A DNA stretch of 47,715 nucleotides, the filler included, from Dirinaria sp. TL-2023a (Eukaryota), in assembly GCA_051941275.1 (NCBI GenBank). It is 2 parts of 2 records of this genome, joined end to end, with 100 filler letters (N's around TTAATTAATTAA, not from the genome) between each part and the next. Parts side by side here need not be neighbours in the genome. Positions count along the whole stretch, not along the records: positions 1 to 23,838 come from JAVEBF010000197.1; 1 more part is not named here. One strand, written 5' to 3'. Made by a program: the position numbers and the translations under genes. Of this stretch, positions 1-11,009 are shown piece by piece. The notes beneath the pieces are model-generated. The model saw only the letters and a list, made by a program, of their open reading frames with translations, did not search any database and was not told the origin of the DNA. The number at the start of each line of letters is the position of its first letter. The first letter of the stretch is position 1.

Positions 1-421
1 GAGGGAATTAGGGGGAGGTACCTATAGGGTATTTGTTGCTGAAAGTAAACCGTAGTCGAAAGGTCTGACCGAGATATATGGGGTTCGGATCTAGGACTTG
101 GATATCCATGTCCCAGCTCATGAGGTCGTCCGCAGAGACCAACGTTATGCCGGGAGGTAGAGTTGTCTGGATCTGTAACTTGATACAACAGTCAGCGACA
201 GGAATGACCATGTTCAGTTTTCTTCTTCAAGAGAGGCAAGGTCTGGATGCGCTAGCTATTGGAGCTGGGCTCTTCTTCTGGACATCCAGGACTGGGGATG
301 GGGCTTGGCGAGCGCATACCTTTGCGAGCTCCTGGACGGTATAACGTCAGCAATTTGCGTGAGAATTTGGATCGAATTGCAGTAAGGAGTTCACCTTGCT
401 CAAACGCTTTCCGGCGAACAT
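1..421 (-). CDS. Ubiquitin-conjugating enzyme E2, UBE2W-like (5' part; runs off window start)
   Basis: Exons 421-395 (MFAGKRLSK), 331-320 (ELAK, 12 nt) and 172-22 (IQTTLPPGITLVSADDLMSWDMDIQVLDPNPIYLGQTFRLRFTFSNKYPI). Introns are GT-AG with GCTGAC branch sites. The KRLxKEL...PPG...W...Y.G..F.L.F.F...YP pattern is the E2 N-terminal half. The catalytic Cys lies outside the window. Confidence 0.85.
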
Positions 422-1067
422 GTTCGCTTTTGGAGCTGAGCGGAGCGAATCAGGCTGCCGAACTAGGATGGATGCTGGAATTGGGTGCCGCGAATGATTA
501 TGATTCAATGAGGGTGCTTGCAGGCAGTATGAAGGGAGTAGGCACACATGAATATCGAAGGGAACTTCGAAAGAAATTGTAGCTGCCGAGTTGTAGGTAT
601 CGTAGAGCAAGGGAAGCACGAGGCTGCATGTCTTTGCGAAGACCAAGGATTCTGATTGGTTCGTGGGGTTTGAGATGCCAAACAATTGGGGACAGGACAA
701 ACGCAGCGCACGACCTTGATTTAATTATTATGAAGGCAAGGACCCCTACGATTATTGCTTGCATGCATTCTCTCCATGGTCTGACCAATAATGATGTAGT
801 AAGGTAAAGCTCAATTCTACCTTATCATAAGGTGGAATTCCTGCCAGCGCTCTGCCCTGCCTTCTCAGCTCGTTACAGTACTGGTAGTCCATATGCCAGC
901 AGCTACCATCCCGAGTGCCGGCCCATAGAGGATGCTGCAAAAGAATTATTGTAAGCCCACATTATCCGCTTAACCTTCAGGATCCCATGAGCTGCCTCAG
1001 ATATATGCATCTAGTGGTGCCTGTCGCCCGCTGCTACAGTGAAACATCGCTCTTCGGGACTTGATGC

Positions 1068-2037
1068 TCAAGAAAACTGCATTACAGTGAGCCCGAGCCC
1101 AAGAGCCTGATCGAAGGGGAAATGCGTGACCTACCTTCCACCGCTTCCCGCACACTGTGCACTCGCAGAAGGTAGTCATCGGCTCATCCGCACTCCGCGT
1201 TTGCGCTTGACTATAGCTGACCTTTTTCTGCTTGCACTTTCCACACTGCAGACTTGTGCTGACACTCTTCTCTGCCTGTGGTACTTGCGCATCCCGCAAA
1301 TTCTCCTTGATCATCTTCATATCCTCCGCCCTCCGCTCCGCACTCTTTAATTCGTCGTTGGACATCTTCACGAAGCGTTCCGGAGGTATTTCTCCATTCA
1401 GTACACGTGCACGAAGTTCCGGATTTGATTTATTCTTGAGGTTCTGGAATAGGGACCGAACTTTGGTCTTGTAAGAGTCCTTGTTCTCCGGGCCAAAAGC
1501 GTCGAATGCTGCGCGTTCGCAAGCTACCGCGCAGGACAGGATCGAACTTGGAGACGCCGTAGAACCGTAGCACAGACCATTGTAGAAAAGTCCAATACAG
1601 TTGTCCCGTGTAACTTGATTGGTGCGTTTGACGTCGATATTATCCTTTTTGTAGTCGCGCTGCTCTGGAGGGACAGTAGACTTCCAGGTATCCGCGCTAG
1701 GTGCTGGTGAGCCTTGTGTTGTTGGCGGAGTCGAGGCAGCCTTGCCATTTGCACTGGGGCTGGCTTTCTGCTGTATAGTAGGACTGCCTTTTTGCCTCTG
1801 GATGTCATCACGCCATTTCTTTACGATCTCGCTGGCTAAACGAGCAACTTCTGGGTTCTTGGATTGTTTGGATTTATTGACTACTACACCAATCTTCGTT
1901 GAGCGTAAAAGATCTTCCGAGGGGACAACGCCGGTTTTTAGGTCGTTGAGTATAGTGATGATGCCGGACGGTGACTCTCCCGCTGCGGTAGCTTTCTGTA
2001 ATGCCTTTGATTTTTCGACAATCTGTCTGGCCTCCAT
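1068..2037 (-). CDS. DST1: Transcription elongation factor TFIIS
   Basis: N-terminal LLRSTKIGVVVNK domain, central YKTKVRSLFQNLKNKSNPELR domain, and Zn-ribbon CGKCKQKKVSYSQAQTRSADEPMTTFCECTVCGKRWK. Intron 1134-1077 (GTAGGT...GCAG) gives a 9-nt last exon FS*. Confidence 0.96.
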
Positions 2038-2648
2038 TGTGACGAGATAATGAAAACCCTCAACCAATTACAGTCCACGGCTGAAAAGCCTGTGCGTATT
2101 CAAGCAGAGAAAAAATTTAGGAGTCTATGGATGGCTGCTTTGCTTCTGCCGTCGGGATCCGAGCATGTTTGCTCTCTTTCAAAGTGAACTAAGACAGTAG
2201 CCTAACAACCCATCGTCAGTATATGTCTTCGAGCCAGCAATACCAGATCTAAGAACAGTGATCTGCGGTAAGCTTCCTGCAATGTGTAGTTTGCGCAGAT
2301 TACTGCCGACGAGTGCGGAATGGGAATTGGGATGTAGGCCTGTGCTTCAAGTCTCAATTTCGAGGATGGTGCAGGCGAATTTTCCCAGTCCAAATCGCTT
2401 TCGTGAAAGATCCTGATCGGTAGCAGAGCCCGCGCCTTGATAACTTCGTCACCTTGCCCTGATCTTTGTATCAGAGCACAATAGCGTGCCCAAAAGTAAT
2501 GCTCGGCGCGCAAAGATGATCTTCAGCGTTTGCTGATTATTGATGGCATCGCTCACGTCAAGTAGAAACCACGGTAGGACTTACGTTGCGGAATGCAGTG
2601 CCTCAAGGCTTGGTCAAGTACTGCGTAGATGTGGTCTCAGCAGTGTCC

Positions 2649-2664
2649 CTCTCTCTCTCTCTCT
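2649..2664. repeat. (CT)8 microsatellite
   Basis: Read directly from the sequence. Confidence 0.8.
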
Positions 2665-3548
2665 CACTTCAGCCTTATGCGTCGGCAAGTAGAGAAGATG
2701 CACTCGACTCGGTTTGGCTTTCACGCTAGGATCTAAGGCAAGTAGGAGAATGCTTGGCGCAATTAGTGAGGGATCGCTCGGGTTGGCGGCTTGGCGCCCT
2801 TCGGTCCCTCTCTGCGAGGTCTGCCTCTTGTCACTCTGTGTCCTGGACTCTTGAGCCCCGCAGTACCTTCAAGACAGCCATTACCAAGGTATTAATTTCG
2901 CCATTCTCTTACCCTCTAAGAAAGTACTGTATCTTCCATTTCCGTGAGCTACAACTGTCGGCAGCCAGAAGAGTCTCCAACATGTCTAGCGTTGGGTACG
3001 CTTGGAATCCATATCAGCTCCGCATCAAGCTCATGTCATGACTTTGTAGTCACAAGCAGAGTGGGCAACAAGCCTCTGGCAAGAGCGGCGAGAAGTCTAT
3101 CAATAAACCAAGTGATCCGAATTCTTCCAAAAATGGCAACTTTGCTCATGCTCAGCCGGGTACGTCCCCCATATCGGAATGCCTCTAAACTGCAAACGTC
3201 CTTGCCCTCTCAGACTGAGTTGAGCGGCAGGCGATTCCAAGTCGACGTTTGAAAAGCTCTCGCCGTCCCGTGGCGCAAGCAACACACCGCGAAAATAAGC
3301 GGAGCCCCGAGCTTGAAAGTTAGCACAAGGAGAGGTTGGACCATGGATAAAAGCGTGGTCCACCCAGCAATGGGCCGAGAGCATATGAACATTTCTCTGA
3401 GACTATTGAGAGCTTTCTCATCTGGAACCTACGGTAGATACTTTGGTAGCAAGACAGTGAACAATGAAATATACCTGAAACAGTGGTCCAAACAGATGGG
3501 TATTTCAACGCTTCAGATGTGCTGCTGGTGCGGATACTGCTTGGGATG

Positions 3549-4692
3549 TCACGCTTCTCCATCCTGGTGTTCTCCTCTAGCTTCTCTTGCCTGCACCTTA
3601 CTCTGGTCTGCATGTTTTGCAGGGTCAAAGACATAAATTGGAAATTCCAAGAAGATCGTTCGCTTTAGGATTGTGGGCATTCTAACATATAGCTGCGGCG
3701 GGAATGGTATGAGGATGCTTGTTCTTTTAGTATATTCGGCGTAAGACTCCCAGTGATTTCCGCTTTCATAACGCTTTTTGCCGCCGGGCCGCTCCTGGAG
3801 GGGAAGACCAGATACAAACATTAATAGCACCGTCAGGAAGAAAGGTCCAAGGATCGTAGCATAGAGAGCTGAGAACGCTCCCCCATGCACGTAATGATAC
3901 GCTGCTGGAGATACGGCGATCATGAAAATCGCTGCAGCTTGTGAGTGAAGGACGTGCTACGATAAAGCAATGGGAGACATACAGAACTGTATAATGATTT
4001 CCCCAAAATAGTTCGGATGCCGAGTCCATACGAAGAGGCCAACGTCACAGACTTTGCCCTTGTTATCCGGGTTGCTTCTGAAGCGGTACTTCTGTATATC
4101 CGAGACGCTTTCCATGAAAAATCCAATGGCAAAAAGTATTATGCCAGCAATGTCCCTTCCTGTACCGAAGGCAGGCTGGTTAAATTTGGTCACGTTGGGC
4201 GAATTGAGCACAGTAACTGGTAAAGAGACGGTCCAGACCTAGACCGAGATGTCAGCTGAATATGGTATGCGCGTCGGTTTCGAAAGAATTACCCAAAACA
4301 TTTGAAAGACCCAGAACCCCAGGAACGAAAAAAATTTATCGCGCTTGTCATCAAATCGGTCGTCCTTGCCAGTCTTAATGATTCTGAAGAGTAGGAAGCC
4401 AGAGAGTCTCGCTCCCCATAACATGATGAACAACGACGCAACGATTTGACGAGCATGATGGTGACCTGACCAAGCCAGGGTAATGATAGCTAGGACGACA
4501 AAGTTCGTACCTCCCGCGAAATCTACCAACACATCAGCACATAGCCCTACTCCTCCCCAACAGGGCGTAAATACCAGTAAGCTTGTCAAATTTGAGGCTG
4601 AAGGCGATCGAAAAGAAAAAAAGCTGATAAGCGACTGTTATCAGTAAGGTGATAGCAAGGTAATAATCGTCCAAAGCGTGGACTTCCCCCAT
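3549..4692 (-). CDS. DUF1295 / steroid 5-alpha-reductase-like membrane protein (4 exons)
   Basis: Spliced product MGEVHALDDYYLAITLL...KFDKLTDFAGGTNF...WGARLSGFLLFRIIKTGKDDRFD...ESVSDIQKYRFR...GLFVWTRHPNYFGEIIIQ...SGLPLQE...YTKRTSILIP. Three GT-AG introns restore the frame. RHPNYFGE is the family motif. Confidence 0.9.
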
Positions 4693-5708
4693 GTTCTTTG
4701 GCAGCTGTGCTTGACGAACAGACTTGGTAGGAAAATGTATGGGGAATTGATGACTGCGCGCAAACGAATCGCGCACGACGAATCCGACTCCAGATCTTCT
4801 ACGAATTCTGGCCGAGGGGACAAGCAATTGACAGCCAACCTCGCCTAAACCATAAGGTATGTACAGTAGGTACTCCGTACTCCGTACTGTACGAACAACC
4901 GGACGCGGTTTGCGCGTGGTTACGTCAACGACTTTGATGCGGGGCTGAATAAGCAGCCGACATTCGCATGAACCCATGCATCAGCGTTGCAGAGCCGCAT
5001 CTGTCATCGGATCGGGACATCAATTAGCCGACGGTATCCCATGTTGAGCGACCGTCCCGTCACCGTATCTGCCAATACTGACTTATGGTTAGGGACCTTC
5101 GAACCTGAGACCACGATATTGTTCCTTGCCTGCTACGGATCTTAACAAATTGCATTTTTCAATTCCTCGGCCCAGTGAATACGGGTGTGGTATATAAGAC
5201 GCATGGCTGGGAAGGGCGAGGATGAGACGGTTGTCGTTTCACATGGCGCCGTACCCAGCTCAATGTCAGCTTCCTTTGCTCTCATGCGTGCCAAATGTTA
5301 GCATCATAGTATTCGCCGGTTTTCAGATAGTCTCCACGTGAAACCTTGAGTATGGCTTTCGTTAGCAAAGCGTCTGAAGCTTGAACAAAATGAAGGGCAA
5401 TGAGCCAATGGCAATGCTGTTTTGCCATTCAGCTTAGGATTCGTTGGGGGACTTCCCACTCATTGCATGGTCGATATTTCCTTTGGCAACCGTCGTTATG
5501 CATTGCTCCAAAAGACCGTCTTCCGTAGAATATGGCTCTCTAATTCGGTCTCTATACTCCTTGACGTTCACTCCCTCCCTATCCCTGTGGGCCCTTAGCT
5601 CTTGTGGAAAGCTTCTTTCCTGCATTCTCATCGTTCTGGCGCTCCAATCTTGAACTGGCCTGGTGCCATCAACTAATTGCAAGCGATCTCGTACTCCCGC
5701 CCGAGAAG

Positions 5709-7276
5709 ATGCAAAGAACAACCTCAATATTCATGCTATCATGGTATGTCTATATCTGCCTAATGGGGTTACAACTAGCCTTAGCCCATGAAGCAAAAGG
5801 TAGACCTGGTGAAAAAGCGAAGGAAAAGGGCATGAGCGAATGGTGCGCCGATATGATGGGACCAACTGCAGTTCAGGGCAAGGGAAATGGCCAACCAATG
5901 GCACAGGAAGCCGACAAGCAAGCTATACACATAGCCAAAGCCCACGTGGTGGATACAAGGTATGGTCAAAGGGCTGGCCCAACGGTGGACCAAACAGACA
6001 AACAGGCATTGGCTGGGCCCTCAAACCGGGCCATGAAGCCGGAAGATGGGCAACAGATGGCTCAGGCCCAGGTCGGAGCCAACGCGAAGAATGCTGCAAC
6101 AGGTGAGAACGATAGTCATGAAGCACAACCGAACATGAACCAGACAGTGTCCAATGTCAAATTTCAAGCGATGGACCAGCGGAACAAGACCATATTTAGT
6201 GCGAAAGATCAAGCGACAAGCCAGAGCAAGAATCAAAGCATAGCAAACACTCCGAACAAAGCCAAGTCTGCGTGCAAACCTCAAGCAAAGCCACCTACCA
6301 ATGATCAAGCGGTGCCAGGGCCCAAATCTCAGGTTATCAGTGAAGGCAATATTCAGGACGCACATCAGGGCAAAGATTCAGAAAATATTGAGCAAAGCCA
6401 AACCAATAATCAAAGCACCGGTCAGGCCGGGGGCCAGGAGCAGGTAGTGGCAATTCCAGGCGCTCCGTAAGTCTTCGAAACGAAGACTCGTCAGCCACAT
6501 GCTCATTTATTAAGATCTCTCGATCAGATCGTCAGCGAAGCTGAAGCAGTTGCCCAAAGTCTAATAGACGACAGTAGTATTAATGCTCAAGTATGTACTG
6601 TATTGCTCCAAATTCACCGATCAATGATACTAATGGCTAACAGGCCGCTGCTGCTGCAGCGTCTCCGACTGCATTTATTAGCAATCAACAGTCGACCAAT
6701 GGGCAAAGTGGTAGGCAGAGTACCGATGCCCACAATGGGAATGATGTTGCAACCAGTAACAAGATAGGAAGCCGTTTGACGCTCTTCTCCGGTGTCGCTT
6801 CAGCGGTCACTGGCGGTTCAGCAGTCGGAACGGCTGCGAGCAGAAGTATACTGGCAGCCTCGTCTATCGTCCCTTCTGGCGCAGCCGTCTGCGACAAATG
6901 TCAATGCAATTGCCCCATGGCCGCCTTCGCTATGGCTACGCAAGCTGCGATGATGGCCCCTAAAGCAGCAGCGCCACCTCCTCGCTCCACTCGCCAGTCC
7001 ATGTCCATGGCCAAAGGAGATGCACAAATGACAAGCACATCTGCCCAGCAACAAGCGTTGCCAAGGACGACGGCCCCATCAACACGGATTAACGCTGCAC
7101 AGGCACAAGCAGCTCAAGCAACTAACGCCTCCAGTCCTCAGGCTAAAGGAGGAGCCACAGCTGGTGGTGCCGTGGCAGCTCTACCCACCAATTTAAATAC
7201 ATTCTCTTTTCAAAGCGCGGTGACTGTGCCACTTGGAAAACGTCGAGAGACCAGCGCAACAGCAGCTCTCCGGTAG
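5709..7276 (+). CDS. Hypothetical secreted Ala/Gln/Ser/Thr-rich protein (3 exons)
   Basis: Hydrophobic N-terminus (MLSWYVYICLMGLQLALA) resembles a signal peptide. Introns 6467-6514 and 6591-6643 join ORF 5604-6470 to ORF 6776-7276 in frame. Contains a CDKCQCNC motif. The start could be 5709 or 5733. Confidence 0.65.
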
Positions 7277-7389
7277 AGTTGCCGGCCGCTACACAATTTT
7301 GTATATAGCTTGAAGACCTTGCTCTTCAATATTTCTGATTAGAGGCTTGGATGACAGCAGAGCAAATTGACTGCTGATTAGTTTCCGTT

Positions 7390-8445
7390 TCAAGAGACAC
7401 TTTCTTGTTTCTGATCAAGATTAGGTCCTTGCAGCGTGTGCTCCTTGAGAACCTCTTTGCCGCAGCTTTCCTTCGTTTCCTTTATATCTTGAACACTTTC
7501 CTTTTGCGCAGTTTCTTGTCTAGCTTTATTCGCTCGTCGCTTCTTTTCTCTTTTTGACAATGGCTTCTCCTTTGACTCCTCTGCGCCATCATCTAGAGCA
7601 ATAGCCTTCCTCTTACGCTTGGCCCCTTGATCTTTGCCAGTCTCTGCCACAGATTCTGCTGCCGGCGCTGGTTTCTCACCACCGTATACCACGTCTATAA
7701 CGCCTCTATACCCTGTTCTTTTCATGCGAGCTTGCACGGTCACGCTCCGAGCCTCTCTACTTACAGCTTCCACGCCCCTTTCTTGCCCTAAGCCCCACAG
7801 ACATGCCAAATTAATTACGTCCCACGGGGCTCTCATAGACAAAGCTCTATGTCCTTCGCTACTTATGACCAAGCCCTTTCCCCTTGTTGCGCGTATCAGC
7901 TGCGTGGCGTTACTAATGAGGTTCTTTCTAGCTTGCCCATCACTTGCTAATACACCCGGTGCATAGCAAATCTCGAACTTTACGCCACGTTGTATGGCTT
8001 GCGAAAGAGTCTTGGATTTGAAATAGAAGAAAAAGCGAGTGGTGAGATCTAGTGAAATAATATCGCATTCGAGCGTTTGGCAGGCTTGAGCCAGAGACTT
8101 CTCGTCTGTAGGGCGCACAGCGAGGATGTCGCAGTGGGACCCGAGGGCATTGAGACGCGCATTTTGCGAAGGGTCTGAAATATGAATGGTACAGCGATGA
8201 AGGACCGACAAAGACGATGGTACTGAGAAGGGGAGAGGCTTCGGAATAGGGTCATTGATGAGCGCAGGAAGCTTGCCGTCTATGGTGTGGTTGAGCGCGA
8301 CGACATTGTAGCCCACTATTCATTGTCATGCTGCTGCGCATAACAGTATCGCCAAATTCACCGACTTACATTCTGCGACAAAGCTTAAGGTATGCTGCAG
8401 CTCTGCATGATTCGTAGTCCATGGAATATTGAGATCATAAAACAT
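7390..8445 (-). CDS. RPP1: RNase P/MRP subunit p30 (PHP-like fold)
   Basis: MFYDLNIPW start, intron 8369-8316, then LGYNVVALNH...DILAVRPTDEK...DIISLDL...GVKFEICY...RKNLISNA...RATRGKGLVISS...RAPWDVINLACLWGL and a Lys-rich tail. An alternative ATG lies at 8448. Confidence 0.93.
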
Positions 8446-8933
8446 CATTCATAAGAGGTGATGCTTTTCTTCAGAAGATATATGACCAGCGCAATTTCCT
8501 CAGCCTCTTTCCCCTTTGCAGCCAAACAGGTCGCGCGAGCACGAGTACGAAGGTAATGTACAGTGAGGGAGTACCTAGGTAGGTCGCACTCCTCCTGTCA
8601 CTACTCCGTACTAAGGTAATACATAATGAAAGGTACGAGTAGTCGAGTACTTGACTCACTTATCAAAAAGCCTCGGCATTTGATCGCTCCGCTTATCTAA
8701 GCGAGCCGCGCCCCGAGCCACTAGACTAGCCCGGTGGAAGCCGCATATCACAGCTTGGAAATTGGGTTCGCCCACCGCGCCCACAAGGTTCACAAACGCA
8801 GTGACTTGTCCAGCCAGCGCATCTTTCACTCGCAGCTGATCGCATCACATCAGGCCCCATGCAGTTCGAATCATCCAGAACTCCCTAGTGGCGCATATCC
8901 CCGCATCTTGCGGCTACGTGAACTACCAGCATC

Positions 8934-10170
8934 ATGGCGCGGGTGTACGCAGATGTCAACCAACATATGCCGAAGTCCTACTGGGAGTATGACAGCGTTA
9001 ATATTACTTGGGGTGTCTTGGAGAACTACGAGGTGGTCCGCAAAATAGGTATGAGCAGGACCGTTGTGAAATCTTGGAGCTGTGAAGATTAGCGCTGACG
9101 TATGTTTGCCTGCCAGGGCGCGGAAAGTACTCTGAGGTCTTCGAAGGGATCAACGTCGTCAACTACCAGAAATGCGTTATCAAGGTGCTGAAGCCCGTCA
9201 AGAAGAAGAAGATCAAGCGTGAGATCAAGATCTTACAGAATCTCAGTGGAGGACCAAATGTGGTTGCGCTCCTGGACGTTGTGAGGGACAGTCAGAGCAA
9301 AACACCCTCTTTAATATTCGAATATGTCAACAATACCGACTTCAGAAGCCTCTATCCAAAATTCGTGGACTATGACGTCCGGTATTACATCTTTGAGCTT
9401 TTAAAGGTGGGTGTCCACGCGGGAGCCATCGGAGGTTTAGATATGTTAACCAAATGACAGGCCTTGGACTTCTGCCACAGCAAAGGTATAATGCACCGAG
9501 ATGTTAAACCTCATAATGTCATGATAGATCACGAGAAGCGCAAAGTGAGTGTGAAGTACCCGCTGGAAAGGCATTGCTGATCGCTGATAGCTACGCCTGA
9601 TTGACTGGGGACTGGCGGAGTTCTACCATCAAGGAACAGAATATAACGTTCGAGTCGCCTCGCGGTACTTCAAAGGCCCAGAACTGCTTGTTGATTTCCA
9701 AGAGTATGACTACTCCCTCGATATGTGGTCGCTTGGCGCGATGTTCGCTTCCATGATCTTCCGGAAGGAGCCGTTCTTCCACGGCAACAGCAATTCCGAC
9801 CAACTGGTCAAGATCGCTAAAGTTCTGGGCACGGATGAGCTATTTGAGTACCTTGATAAATACGACATTGAACTTGATGCGCAATACGACGATATCCTGG
9901 GGCGCTTTCCCAAGAAGAACTGGCATGGCTTTGTCAACGCGGAAAATCAGCGTTTCGTCAGCAACGATGCCATTGACTTTTTAGACAAGTTGCTGCGCTA
10001 CGATCATCAAGTAAGTTTGTCGCAGTCTACACAAGTCTGCTCACCCTTCGGTATGAAGATTCTGATCTATCTTTCAGGAACGCTTGACTGCTGGGGAGGC
10101 AATGGCACATCCATACTTCAATCCTGTCCGAATCGCACCAGCAGGACAAAATCATGCATCATCATCATAA
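8934..10170 (+). CDS. CKA1: Casein kinase II catalytic (alpha) subunit (5 exons)
   Basis: MARVYADVN...GRGKYSEVF...[18 protein letters not shown]...[14 protein letters not shown]...[10 protein letters not shown]...[16 protein letters not shown]...[14 protein letters not shown]. Four GT-AG introns; TAA at 10168-10170. Confidence 0.97.
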
Positions 10171-11009
10171 GTTACATAGGCTCCTGCCCATGTCGCTGCA
10201 GGTATTTTACAAGTACCAGTATACCAGCAATCGCTCACAGTGTCCGCCCTCAACGAGTTGCTCAGTGCTGGGCTTCTTTACCCTCGGTCGATAGGTATAT
10301 TCCTGGCGAACAGTCCCTTAACCTAGGCGGACTTGAAAAGAGTCAATGCGAGCAATGTAGTTTCCCTATCCCGCAACGTGTCTGTATTTAGCTTTTTCGC
10401 AATTTCTCGTCCAGCGCGTCAGACTGCGCGCTAGCATATGGTAGGAGAAGGTGTTATCAAGGCGCAAGCCGGAAATCACCCAGAGCATTTGCTGCGTTTC
10501 GGAGTTTGATTCTCGTTGTATGAGCTTCCATAGATAGCTGTGAACACGAATAGCGTGAAAGAATAATGCTTGAAACTAGTGTTTCCGTCTACATATCATG
10601 AATGTTGTCGGGGTGCGGCGCTTCCCGCTTTCCCCGGGGTTCGGTAGCTGAGGCTTTGACTCACCTCACCTTATCATACCTAAGGTACCTTACGTATCTC
10701 TAAGGGCACCGTACCCTATTTCAACAATGAGTAGGTACCTTATTTAATTTCACAAGGTAGACCACTGTGCACTCATAACTTCATACAAGTCATTGCCTTC
10801 ACTACCTATTGTATCTACGACAATAGCCGCAGTACAAAAGGCATTCCCTCGCCAGCTCGTTGAAGGTTTTTGGGTCTAGTCCCTGCAAGTCCGAGCCACG
10901 ATACTTAAGCTCCCAATCTGTGGAGCAGGAGGAGTCCAAAATACTTCGAATAGCGCTGCAAGCGCGCTCGCTGGGCTTGAGAACTCCGGCAACCACTCGA
11001 TGTTTCACA

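Noticed and set aside
997..1134. C-terminal extension of TFIIS in the ORF track (VGHAFPLRSG...)
   Set aside because: Read-through of intron 1134-1077; the spliced protein ends in the canonical KRWKFS.
2202..3400. Short ORFs between TFIIS and the DUF1295 gene
   Set aside because: Mostly non-ATG starts, no motifs, and no convincing splice model; an unrecognised small gene or ncRNA cannot be excluded.
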